64,000 bases of DNA from Octopus sinensis (taxonomy: Eukaryota). The first letter of the stretch is position 1, and the number at the start of each line of letters is the position of its first letter. Of the stretch, positions 27,744 through 41,391 are shown in pieces. Position numbers and translations under genes: made by a program. The stretch covers positions 54,746,001-54,810,000 of the forward strand of contig NC_043014.1 in assembly GCF_006345805.1 (NCBI RefSeq). Direction: 5' to 3'. The notes beneath the pieces are model-generated. The model had not been told where the DNA came from. It searched no databases and was given only the letters and a program-made list of their open reading frames with translations.

Positions 27744-30700
27744 CACATATATACGACAGGCTTCTTTCAGTTTCCGTCTACCAAATCCACTCACAAGGCT
27801 TTGGTCGGCCCGGGGCTATAGCAGAAGACACTTGCCCAAGATGCCACGCAGTGGGAATGAACCCGGAACCATGTGGTTGGTTAGCAAGCTACTTACCACA
27901 CAGCCACTCCTGCGCCTTTCTGTTTACAAAATCTTTTTTCTTTTTCTAAGTTTGTTGATTTTTAATCCTCAGAAAATGTCAGTGTGTGTGTTATATAACG
28001 TAAATTGATTATTAAAGCTTAGACTTATTTCAATACGAAATTCCGTGTGTTTTCCCACGTCAATGGCAGTGGGAAATAGCATTTACTTTGAGGAGTGTAA
28101 CAACCATTGCACTGATTGTTAAATCATTTCTGCCGAGTGTGACCAAACTCAGTGGAGTTGGCCTCGGTCACGCTTCTTTTGTTATTTAGTGTGTGTGTGT
28201 GTGTGTTGGACGATGACAAAGCTGGAACTGGTCATAAATGATGTCAAAATAAATGTAAACTTTTTCTACGTCTATGAGAAAGAATAAGTCGCAGGTTGAA
28301 ATAAAAGTGCTGGGGTCGATTGGTTCATCTAAAGATTCTCCATGGCGGTGCCCCAGTATGGCCGCAGTTAATATAGTTTGTTCCCTACATCTGACTCTAC
28401 GTACGGCACATAACTATTTCTCCCTTAAAAATGCAAAAATTACATTTCCGAAATTATTTCTCTATTTTTAATTTATTTTTCAAAGTTATTTTTTAATAAC
28501 GATTACTCAGACTTCAGTTTTTCTAATTCTCCCAAATTTTCGTTTTGTGATCATAAAAGGAAAGAATATACCAGTACCTTCATTTAGAGATGAAACGAAA
28601 TAAATAAATAACGGGAGAATGCTTACTTAAGGGAGTTTAGCTGCTATTTCTAAATGTCAAGAAGCCGCGCAGTTGTTCCTGTGGTTAAATACGAGACGGA
28701 AGTTAAGCTAAATAAATATTTTCAGCTTTTTTCCATTAAAAAATGTGGTTATGTAAATTCTAGGAGCCAAAAAAATAAAAATCATAATTTCATTTTTTTT
28801 TTTTTTCGAAAGAATATTTATTGCGGACGCTGTATAAAACGCAAAGCGAATCTTGTGTCCATAGGTTGCAGTTTGTTACCATCCTGGGACGCCCGTTGCC
28901 TTATTTCGACAGGACATTTATGCTGTTAAAAAAAAAAAAGAAAGACCGTTGTTGGCCTCGAAACCCACAGCCGTCATTTTCGAATTCATTTTTTTTTTTT
29001 GCAAATCATTCCAATTCTAAAACATGATAGGTTTGTTTCTCTTCGCTTTATTAAATTATTTAATTTGTTTTTTTTTAATTCTTTATTTTGTTTGTGTCAA
29101 CGTAGTTCGTGTCACTGACCGGGTTGACTACAAAATAAGAAATGAAATACTGCTGTGTATATATATATATATATATATGTGTGTGTGGGTGTGTGTTTAG
29201 AAATGGCTGTCTCACTCGTTTCATGACATAATTACTTATTCCAGTTTTGATCGCCGGCTCAGTTCCTTCTCTTTGGGGGTCTTTTCCTGCCTCTTTTTAA
29301 AATGTCAGATTTGGGGTAAACTTTACATTCTCGCATTCCCCCTCTCCTATTTACCTTTCTCACAAGGCCTGGGACTTCGAAGGACAGACATCCCGACGGT
29401 TATTTTAATTTTGTCGTTCACTCTCGATCGTTATTTTTAACTACCAGTCGTCGTACAAAAAAATCCTCACTTATAATACAATAATGTTTGTGTGTGTTCA
29501 AAATCCTCGTTATTATACGACTTTGCTTTTCGTCCTTTCAGGTTCGATAAAACCCACCAAATCCCTCGACTTGCCCCCTTCTCCTCTTAGGGTTAGAAGA
29601 ATCGTTAAGGACACCTGGCAGAATGTTTACCGTCATTCCGTCCGCCCTTACGTTCTGAGTTCAAATTGGGTCGAGATCGACTTTGTCTTTTCGGGGAATC
29701 GATAAAATAAATACTAGTTGAGTACTAAAGGTCAATGTTATCGACGAACCCCCTGCCCTAAAATTTCAAGCTTTGTACCTATCGAAGAAAAGATTATTAT
29801 TATTATTGTTTGGGTTACCTTGTCCGACGGTCGGATTTTCGCACCTGGTGAAATTTTCGATAAGAAAAATTATTTTTGTACTTAATAACCTTTGATATAA
29901 AAAGTCATTGACCATAACATTATTTCTAGAGTCTATGAAATCGTTCGTCATGATAGTTGTTAGTTTGGGGCTACCAGCTTGTGTCTGGAAACCTGTTTCT
30001 TTGCCCTCGGTCTTGAGTGAAGAAAACCCGAAATCAAAAAAACATTCAAACCATTATTCCGTGCTTTTTTCTAGAATACAGAAAACCTCTTCATTTTCCT
30101 TGTTTATTTATTTTAAGATAAGGAAGGAGTGAATTAAGGAAGGTCTTCCTGCTATTTCTAACAGGGCGACCAGTCATGAACACTATCTCGAGGCATGTTG
30201 ATGCATGCGATATCTCCTGCTGTTTATTTGAATGTTTCTTTCGTAGTCCCATCGCCCCATAATTAATGATTGTTTATCGGTGACTAATGTAATCGTTTGA
30301 GTTTTTAATAAATGGTGTTTCACACAGGAAGCACAAGTGACCAGGCCAATCCCGTCTGCAGTGAAAGTCTCGTCTCCAGTTACAAAACATTATTATTTAC
30401 ACGGAACTAAATTACTTGGCAGTTGGGATGTCTGTTTTGGTTTAGTGATGAAGTGAGCATGTTCGAGTTCTATCCCGCCTCAACTAAATTGGAAAGGCAA
30501 ACAAACAAGGTAGAGAGTGTTAGGACTTAGATAGGTGGAACTTGGTCGATTTAACCTATTTCTTAATTGCCCAGAAGGGGCTAAACACAGAGGGGACAAA
30601 CAAGGACAAAGGGATTAAGTCGATTACATCGACCCCACTGCGTAGCTGGTACTTAATTTATCAACCCCGAAAGGATGAAAGGCAAAGTCGACCTCGGCTG

Positions 30701-31437
30701 AATTTGAACTCAGAACGTAACGGCAGACGAAATACCTATTTCTTTATTACCCACAAGGGGCTAAACATAGAGGGGACAAACAAGGACAGACAAACGGATT
30801 AAGTCGATTATATTGACCCCAGTGCGTAACTGGTACTTAATTTATCGACCCCGAAAGGATGAAAGGAAAAGTCGAACTCGGCGGAATTTGAACTCAGAAC
30901 GTAACGGCAGACGAAATACTGCTTGGCTTTTCGCCCGGCGTGCTAACGATTCTGCCAATTCGTGATTACAAATGACTGGGGATGCCTTTCATGGCATTCA
31001 GGGTCGGTAACTAGTCGCAACAATCTGATTTTAAATGTTAGGTTATCTCCCTTAGAGAGGGGTTTGTCTAAATGCCTATGGGTGATGGATGGAGCAGCGT
31101 ATTTTTAGGTTGTTTAAACTAAAAATGTCAGTGTTGTTGTCCGTTTATAAACAAACTCGAAACATCACGCCATGGTCCACTTTTTAAGCCGACAACAATA
31201 TGAAGCGTTGTTTGGCTGATTATTAGTAAACAGCTGTTATCTTCTTTGCCGTCACAGGCTTCTTCTAGATGATAGCCGGATGTAAATGAAAAATCCCACG
31301 AGAGGTTTACTCTCTTTCCACCAACACATAATTATGTTTTCGTTTACTCTCGTACATGTCTGTAATTCCTCTTACTTCTTTGTCTTCCCCGAGTTTTGCT
31401 CTGTCACATCTAGCTCGTTTAGGAGTGTCATATATAT

Positions 31438-31485
<48 letters not shown>

Positions 31486-31582
31486 CGTATATATATATAT
31501 ACACACATACGTATGTGTACATACATCTATACGTATATCTATATATATATATATACATACGTATATATATATATATACATAC

Positions 31583-31626
<44 letters not shown>

Positions 31627-31792
31627 GTATGTGTACATACATCTATACGTATATATATATATATTATATATATATATACACACATACGTATGTGTACATA
31701 CATCTATACGTATATCTATATATATATATATATATACATACGTATATATATATATACACACATACGTATGTGTACATACATCTATACGTATA

Positions 31793-31823
<31 letters not shown>

Positions 31824-34800
31824 GCAGGAGTGGCTGTGTGGTAAGTAGCTTGCTAACCAACCACATGGTTCCGGGTTCAGTCCCCCTGCGAGGCATCTTG
31901 GGCAAGTGTCTTCTGCTATAGTCCTGGGGTTGATTTGCTCGACTAAAGGCGAAAAAAAAAAGAGTATATATATACACACACATACGTATGTGTACATACA
32001 TCTATATGTATATATATATATATATATATGCATATGTGGGCACAGGATGTTGTGAAACGTGTACAAAAAAAATTAAAAACATGGAGACTGACCCCTCATC
32101 AGTTGTTGGCTGTTTTTCTAGTCTTGTTTAGTGATACAAACAGGAAAAACAGAACTCCAAAATATGAGTATATGTATATATTTTTATTAGTATTTAGCAG
32201 AAATAACAGAGTGACTCAAGGTCGGAGAGTTTCGTGCATTGGCCCTTGCAATATATGTGTGTGTGTGTGTATAGTCATATAAATGGGACGGTGTGCTGGG
32301 TTTGTAATTTCTAACTCTTGCACCATTATCCTCTCGACTTATTGTTGTTATTGTAGTGACTTTTGGCCATCGTTAGCCAAATATTTGAGGCCTTCCAGAT
32401 GTAGTTGACATTCTCTCTTCAGAACAAACCTGAGCGTTTTGGGGTTTTTTGTTCGGTGGGGGGTTGCGACATTGCCAAACTTTATGGAATAATTACTGTG
32501 GTGTGATGAGGCCGCTGTCAAAGTTTGGTGATTGGAAATGATGCACGTGTGTTCTTGTTATTTTTCATTCCTTAGGACTGCAATATATTCCGATATTTGC
32601 ATACCAATTGTTCCATTGCATGGTGGTAGGGACCTTGTCAGACTGGCAGGAACATTTTGAATGCGATTTTTTAAGATTGTAATTAAATTTAACAAGATTT
32701 GAACCCCTCCTCTCTCTCTCCCCCTCTCACACACACACACATTTATTCTTTTCCTGTTTCTGTTTCAGATCTGAAGTTAAAAGTCAACAATTATGGCACT
32801 GTAAATAACCACTCCAACTCGGCTAGTACAAACAATCACATTAAAATGAAAGATGGACACATTTCCAAATCCAAAGACAGTCATAGTAGTTCCAAGCATT
32901 CCTCCAGCTCTGAGAAACACAGAGATGGACATTCGGATAAACCCAAGAAGTCATCTAGTTCCGATAAGCACCGTGACGGTCACTCAGACAAGCACAAAGA
33001 CAAGCACTCTGAGAAACACAAAGATTCTTCGAAACACAGTTCATCCTCATCATCATCGACATCATTAGACAAGCATGGGTCATCGTCATCTAGCAAAAGT
33101 AGCTCGCACAACTCAGAGAAACACAAAGACCGCCACAAAGAGAAGAGCTCCTCCTCCTCCAACGACAAACTCAAGGAGAAAAGCAAACACAAACCAAGCG
33201 ACTCTTCGACGGTGAAGTCGGAGAAGTCCAGCGAAGAGCGCAAGAAGGAGCGGAGTGAGCACCGGGAGGCCAAACCGAATGTGGTCAAGACGGAACATAC
33301 ATCTATAAAGTCCGATTCTAAACATATGAACAATATGTCCTCATCCAAACACAACTCTGTGACCAGTCCCGTATCAAAGATCTCCCCCAGCAAGATTAAG
33401 AGAGAACCAATGAGTGATGATGATATTCCACTGGTAATTAATCATTAATTATTTCTATTTTGATTTGTTTATTTTAACCCTTTCGTTACCAATCCGGCTG
33501 AAACCGGCTCTGGCTCTTTAGTACAAATGTCTTGTTTTCATAAGTTTTGAATTAAAATCTTCCACCAAATCTTAGTTAAAATTTATGTTCCTAACACTAG
33601 CTTAACGATAACGAAGTTAATTTACTAAATTCTTTGTTATATTTAAAGTAATTGTAAGAAACTCAGAGCATCTCAAAATAAATACAGTAACGAAAGGGTT
33701 AAATGGCGTTGTCCGTGAATTATTGTCTAATTTCTTCCTTAATGACACATTCTGAGACCCCTCTACAAAGATGGCTAATCTTTTTGTGACCATATAAGGA
33801 AATAAAACTTAGTTTGTCTTTTGATTGATTTTGAAAATATAATCATGAATTTGACAGGATTAGTAAAATAAACTTCATTCATTATTAACTTGGTGAAGCG
33901 GTGAAAGAGTTTCCTGGCTTATAATTTATGATGGGAGCTGTTTACTTTAAAAATGTGCTCTTTTAAAATTATTAGGTTTTGTATGATCAAGGTAAGTGTG
34001 GTCTCTGATGAGTTGTTATAAAAAAAGAAAAGGGTTAATATTAAAGTTAATGTGAAGGTGGTGGTGGTGGTGGTCGGTTGGCAGACCTGTTGTTGTACCG
34101 GAAAAATTGCTTCACGGCATTTCTTCTGATTTCGAATACCGCTGTAGTCAATAAAATAAGTACCAGTTGAACACTGGGGTTAATGCAATTGATTTACCCC
34201 ACTCCTCTCCCCTGAAATTGCTGGCCTTGTGCCAAAATATGAAACCAGTGCATAAGTTAATGCAGTTTGAATTATTGGTGAAATGAGTTTCCAAGAGATC
34301 TTAGTCCAGGGCTGGAAAATGGATTCAGCTGAATATTGCACCTGAGATCTAGGGACAATCGCGATTGTCCGCACAACAAGGTCAGCACGTTTAGAGGAGA
34401 AGCAGTTTGATGTTGCATTGGTATCTGGAAACTGGGGAGGGGGAGGCAGGGGGATTAAAGGCAAACAGAGGGGATAATCTTGTTTGGTTCCTGGGTGTGT
34501 CATGGGATCCACCCCCAGACACGTTCTTAGCGTTGTGGGTTAAATAACGAGCACATTAGCTGAGGGTAAAATAAACAGTGCATGACCGCCAAGAGCACCA
34601 TCTGAGCTTGGTCGTTGCCAGAGCAGCCAACTGGCTTCTGTGTCAGTGGCACATAAAAGGCACCATTCGAGCGTGATCATTACAAGCATCGCCTTACTGG
34701 CACCTGTGCCGGTGGCATGTGTAAAAAGATTCAAGCGAGGTCCTTACCAGTAGCACCTGATTGGCCCTGTGCCGGTGGCATGTAAAAAGCACCCACTACA

Positions 34801-37800
34801 CTCTCGGAGTGGTTGGCATTAGGAAGGGCATCCAGCTGTAGAAACTCTGCCAGATCAAGATTGGAACCTGGTGCAGCCATCTGGTTCGCCAGTCCTCAGT
34901 CAAAATTGTCCAACCCATGCCAGCATGGAAAGAGGACGTTAAACGATGATGATGTTGTTGGAGTTTGCTTTTTTTTTTTTGCTGGGTGGTGAAGGAGGGT
35001 CAAGATAGATCTCACCATGGAATTGGACGGTTTTTACAGTTATCGGGTCACATTTTTCTTTTCCTTAGACAAGTCTCTTTACTTAAATTGTCTTTGCTAC
35101 TCTAGTCAAGTTTAATTGACCGTTTTGGATTTTAGTAGTCTTCATCAAGCTGTGAAAACCACATTTTGGAGGTGTTTCACTCACGTACAATGAACTCACT
35201 AAATCTCTAGTGACCTGTCTATCTTTATATATTTGTGTGTTTGTGGTCGCAATTTTTACATTGTTTCATTTCTTCTCTTTTGTAGATTAAAAGGAAACCT
35301 GATGATGTTGCTATTAAGAAGATGAAAGTAGAGAGTGATGATGAACCTCTACAGGAGAAATACAAGGCAAAAATACAGTTAGTATCTCTGGTTCTACTAG
35401 TTTTGTTGACTCTTTCCAATCTGATCCAGCAGACAGAATAATGGTCGGAAGAGTCCTGTCCGTGACCATCTCCCCTTTGTGTTTATCAAGGACTGCATTC
35501 TCCAATCTGTCCTTTTTAAAGACTAAAATGTTATTTAAGGGATTGTATTGTCTACTGTGTCTTTTTTTCTTTTAAAGACAGTAGTGTGATTTGAAGCAGA
35601 TTTGACTGCTATCTCTAACATGAAGGTAGTCCATGTAGAGATACCTTTGTTGTCTCAGGAAGTCAAACCAACTGATATCAACTCAGTTGAGTGAATATTA
35701 ATTCTCTATATCTAGGACTAAATTATCTTATGTGTCTTATTTGTAAAATGATAGCATGTTATTTAAGGAGTATTTAGCTGCTATTTCTAGCATGTCATAC
35801 AGCCACACAGAGGCTTCCACTTTAAACTCAGTGCAGAGTTGTGTTGGTTAGTACAATGACAGCAGTAGTATATCTGTCAGTCATTCAGTAGACCTGACAT
35901 ATAACTGACCAATTAATTGGTCCCTAGCGCTAACTTGTTAACTAACACACTGGACATACCATGTTTTGGTGTTGACTGATGTCACATTGAAGACATGGGT
36001 GCGGTGGAGATGGTGGTGGGTTTTGAACTGGCAAAAATCATACTTTGATCTCTTCGGGTACCATTCAAGCTATTTATTTGACAATTGCAAGTTACTTGGT
36101 GACCCTATCAGTGCTGGTACCATGTAGAAAACACCGGCGCTGGTGCCACATGGAAAAACAGCCAGTGCACTCTGTAAAGTGGTTGGCATTAGGAAGGGCA
36201 TCCAGCTGTAGAAATCATGCCAAAACAGACAACTGGTGCCTGGGGCGGCCCTTGGCCTTATCAGCTCCTGTCAAACCGTCCAACCCATGCCAGCATGGAA
36301 AACAGATGTTAACCCTTTCGTTGCTGCATAGTATCATGCCAAGTGAGATCGCAGTTGTGGCCAATGCCGGTGCTATCTGACTGGCACGCAAAAAGCACCA
36401 CTCACGCATTGGGCCTCATGGAGGCAGTGGCAGGTGACCAAGACCCATGGCGATATACCGTGCTTGAAGAAGACTTGTCAGGCCAAGTGAGACCATAGTC
36501 ATGGCCAATGCTGGTATCAGGTCAATGGTACCTGAGCCGGTGGCATGTAAAAAGCACCCGCTACACTCTTGGAGTGGTTGACATTAGGAAGGGCATCCAG
36601 CCATAGAAACCTTGCCAGATCAGATCGAAACCTGGTGCAAGCACCCCCAGCTTACAAGTTTTCAGTCAAACTGTCCAACTCATGCCAGTATGAAAAGCAG
36701 ACGTTGAACGATGATGATGATGATGATGTGTGTGTGTGTTTTACTGTCTCCTTTCCTTGACTTTGTGTGAGAGATGTAAATGAATGTCACCACCATGCTA
36801 ACAAGTGTCCTTTATTTCTAATCTTCCCTCGAAACTCTTCTGGTTGTGGGGAAATATCTTGCTTGGCAATGGGAAGGCATCAAACTGTGGAAAATCCACC
36901 CCCGACATATTCCTGCTGGGCCCATGCAAGTCTGGAAGAGTGGACATGAATCAATAATGATGGTGATAATGGTCATCTTGCCATAAGATTCTGCTTCACA
37001 AATCAGTTCTCATCTAAGCCATGCCATGATGGGAAAACAGATGTTTGGCCAAATGATTGTACATAGATGCTGGCTGTGTGGACAAGAATCCCTCTTTGCA
37101 ACGACGTGGGTTTGAGTTCAGTTCCACTGCACAGTATCTTTGGCAAGTGTCATTCACTGGGTCAGTCAGTGCTTTGTGAATGAATCTGTCGTATGTGTGT
37201 GTGTGTGTGTGCTTGACAAATGGTGTTGGTTTGTTTACATCCTTGTAATTTAGCACTTCAGCAAAAGAGAACCAATCCAATAGGAAAAACTCTGCAAGGT
37301 GGTGCCCCAGCATGGCCGTTTGGGGTGAGGAATGAACAGTGTTGGTTGGAAACTAATATTATTGACTCGAGAGAGTAAAAAACCGATGTTGACTTCTCTG
37401 GGTTTGAACTTAGAAGCCAGAGATACGAAATCCGTTGTTGAAGCGATTGTTTGGTGTGGAATTGTGTTGAATGAAGTGATGGGGAGGCTGAGGAGGAGGA
37501 TGTGGTTTCTTTCTGCATCACTAAAATATGTTTTGTTTTTGTGTGTTTCTTTCAGAGCTGAAAAATTGAAGGCTAAAGAGAGGAAAGAAGACATTGAGAA
37601 CAGAAAGAGAAAAGCAGAGGAAACCTATGAGCCAATAAAAGTAATCTGTTTATTATTGTTGTTGTTGTTGTTGTAGCCTTTTTAAGCTTTGCAGTGATGA
37701 GATACTGAACGTTATTTTAGCCTGAATAGATTTTACATTCCTCTGACACCAAACATCACTGACAAAATGAACAATCGTTAGAACCCTAATTAGGTTTTAT

Positions 37801-40800
37801 TATTTAAACTGTACTTAGTTTAGTTGGTGGACTGCCAGTTTACTTCTATAAAGACAGTAGTGTGATGTGAAACGGATTTGACTGCTGTTTCTAGCATGAA
37901 GGTAGTCCATGTAGAGGCACCTTTGTTGTTTCTGGAAGTTGAACTGACCGATCAACACTGTAAATTCAGTCCGGTGAATCGGCCTTTGACATTCTTTTAT
38001 ATGTATATATCTATTTATGGAGGCGCAATGGCCTAGTGGTTAGGGCAGCGGACTCGCGGTTTCGATTCCCAGACCGGGCGTTGTGAGTGTTTATTGAGCG
38101 AAAACACCTAAAAGTTCCACGAGGCTCCGGCAGTGGGTGGCGATCCCTGCTGTACTCTTTCTTCTGTTGGCCTGCTCGCTTAGCCAGCGGGGTGGCGTCA
38201 TTCGAAGGCTAAAACAATGCGAATGCATTGTGACCAGCGATGTGTAACAACATCTGATGGTCTGGTCGGTTACGTGATTACGTGATATCCATTTCTACAT
38301 GATAGCTTACAACTCCGATATGAGCAATGCCATTGCTTGAGTGTTCTCCTGGCACATGGCTTCATCCCGTCATGGAATTGGTCATTGGGTGCTTCAACCT
38401 TTTTCAGTTTATAGCCAGCCATAGAAAGCGATGCCTCTACCTGAAGTCTTTCAAAAGATTTTCTTTTTCTCCCTCATTTATCATTTCCCATTGCTTATCT
38501 TTAATGTTTGTGGTTCCTTAAATTTCAGAAGAAAAAAATAAAGAAGGAGATAAAGAATGAAGTAGAGTCTCCAATCAAGGGACGAAAAAAGAAAGATAAC
38601 GAAGAGCAGCAGACCGTTTGGAAATGGTAAGTTCCTTGGATTTTTTGGAAATGGTATGTTCCTTGGATTTTTTGGAAATGGTATGTTCCTTGGATTTTTT
38701 GGAAATGGTAAGTTTCTTGGATTTGTGTCGTGTTTCATACTAGTGGCCAATGTCTCTTTGTCTCTGTCAGAATCCACTGATGCAAAAAAACAACCCCAAA
38801 GTCAAACTCAGTTGCTATTGAAAAGATTTTGGGGAGACAATAAAATAATTCTCCACTTTTCCGACCTGATTTTTTGGATTACTTTCTGCTCCCAATCTGT
38901 CATGTGATGGGTCTTTGTTCTACATTGCCTTATTTTACCTATTTCTTTACTGCCCACAAGGGGCTACACACAGAGGGGACAAACAAGGACAGACAAACGG
39001 ATTAAGTCGATTACATCGAACCCGAAAGGATGAAAGGCAAAGTCGACCTCGGCGGAATTTGAACTCAGAACGTAGCGGCAGACGAAATACTGCTAAGCAT
39101 TTCGCCCGGCGTGCTAACGTTTCTGCCAGATCGCTAGGAATAGGTGCCTGGCTGCTAGGAATAGGTACCAAATCATCAAACTCTGACTGGCCCACATCCT
39201 CCTATCCAGCCGGAGATGCGGTGGTTGGAGCTTGAGAGCTGTTTTCAGTACAGTTTACTGTGGGGGTCAACTGCACGGGGAAATGTCTATTTGTATAGTT
39301 TGGCAATAAACATGGCTGTGTGGCTTTAAGAAGCTTGTGTCCCGACCATGTGGTCTTGGGTTCAGTCTCACGGCACGGCACCTTGGACAAATATCTCCTG
39401 CCACAGCTCTAGTCTAAAACTTTTGTGGGTGGATTTGGTAGGCAGAAACTAAAAGAAGAACTAGGTGTGTGTGTGTGTGTGTGTGTACACTTGTGTAGAC
39501 ATCATGTGGTTGTGGATGGGTTTCATCGTCATGAAAGGTAGGTTGTTTATGTCCAGTGTTTAACGTAAAACATATTCAGCCTTGCAAAAATATTGCCTTA
39601 CTTGGAAACTGTTGAGGGTCAATGACAAGACGGGTGTGTGGCCATGGAAAATCTGTCTAACCCATGCAAGCATGGAAAAGTGGACGTTAAGTGATGATTG
39701 TTTATTTATCATTTTAGGTGGGAAGAAGAGAGAAGAGATGATGGTGTGAAATGGACTTTCCTTGAACATAAAGGGCCATTGTTTGCCCCAGATTATGATC
39801 CTCTACCAGATAATGTAATTTTTAAATATGATGGTGAGTTATTTATTTATTTAATGTTTTTTTCTTCTTGTTATTATTTGTCTGCTGTAACAGTAAATAT
39901 TTGATAGCTTTGATTTTTTTTATCCGCTTTTATCAGAATTGTCATTGGCTCAGTCCACTTGTCCGCATAATGGCCAACCATTTTGGTCCGTAACAATTTC
40001 AGCTGTAATTATGCCATTTGTATTTGGCATGTTGTTCCAACTGAATCTTCTCTTGAAACAATAACCAGAGTTTCTTTTGGAAGACGAGTGTCATGTCTCT
40101 ACAGAGAAGCTCCGTCCAGAGAGATTAATGACCGCTCCAGCTGTTTACGGTCAAGCAATGGCAAACACTGTAGTTATCGTCATCGTTTAACGTCCGCTTT
40201 CCATGCTAGCATGGGTTGGACGGTTTTGACTGATGGCTGCACCAGGCTCCAATCTTGATCTGGCAGAATTTCTACAGCTGGATGCCCTTCCTAACGCCAA
40301 CCACTCCAAGAGTGTTGGTTAAAACTGAATTATGATCATTCTGTGGTCCCAACTCTTGAGAAAATATGATGGTATATTCAGGACAAGACTTGCAAGTCAT
40401 AGCACGTGTGTGTGTGTGTGAGTGTGTGCTTGCTGGTTTGTTATGGGACTGAAATACCAATTGACCAACAAGACACGTGTGTTCATGTCTGCCTTGCTGA
40501 AAAATATTTGTCATTCTTAATGTTGTCGATATCAGTTCAAGATGTTTGTAGTGTGATAAATCAAGAACCAACTTGACCCTTGAGCCAATATTTAGATCTT
40601 TTCTTAAAAGGGGTCTTACATAAAAAGTCATGAGGGAAACTTTTATTATAAATATCATCATCATCATCGTTTAGCGTCCGCTTTCCATGCTAGCATGGGT
40701 TGGATGGTTCAACTGGGGTCTGGGAAGCCAGAAGGCTGCACCAGGCCCAGTTTGATCTGGCAATGTTTCTACGGCTGGATGCCCTTCCTAATGCCAACCA

Positions 40801-41326
40801 CTCCGTGAGTGTAGTGGGTGCTTTTTACGTGCCACCGGCACAGGTGCCAGAAAAGGCTGGCAACGGCCACGAACGGATGGTGCTTTTTACGTGCCACCGG
40901 CACGAGGCCAGTCGGGGCGGCGCTGGCACGGCCACAAACGGATGGTGGTGCCAGATGAGTCTGGCAAACGGCCACGAACGGATGGTGCTTTTTACGGGTT
41001 TTTGTATCATAAAAGCAAAAGCAGTTTGGAGATGGTTAGTATTTTGGTTTGAGTGTGTAATGGACGTGGATGATGTTGATTGGAACCAACTAAATTTTCA
41101 GGATTTTAGGAAAGAATTTCATTGTTTAAAAAACAACAGCCTTGTTTTTGAATTGTTAACAAATGAGTGTATAACATTTTGTAGGTAAAGTAATGAAACT
41201 CAGCCAGGGTGCTGAAGAAGTTGCAGGCTTCTATGCAAAAATGTTGGAACACGATTATACCAAAAGTGAAATATTTAACAAAAATTTCTTCAAAGATTGG
41301 AGAAAGGTCAGTGGCTTTTTTTTTTT

Positions 41327-41391
<65 letters not shown>

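Noticed and set aside
37-32066. Dozens of long ORFs rich in Y/I/H/T/C/V/M on both strands
   Set aside because: They are translations of (TA)n/(CA)n microsatellites, which lack stop codons in some frames.
4128-32768. Recursive (AG|GT) splice sites in the long intron
   Set aside because: Candidates such as ttcttag|gtaaaa (about 16548) and tttcag|gttcga (about 29541) lack either a good pyrimidine tract or a good donor.
34323-34370. Adjacent perfect palindromes of 12 bp and 18 bp
   Set aside because: An 18-bp palindrome is expected about 0.24 times by chance in 64 kb at equal base frequencies; no other support.
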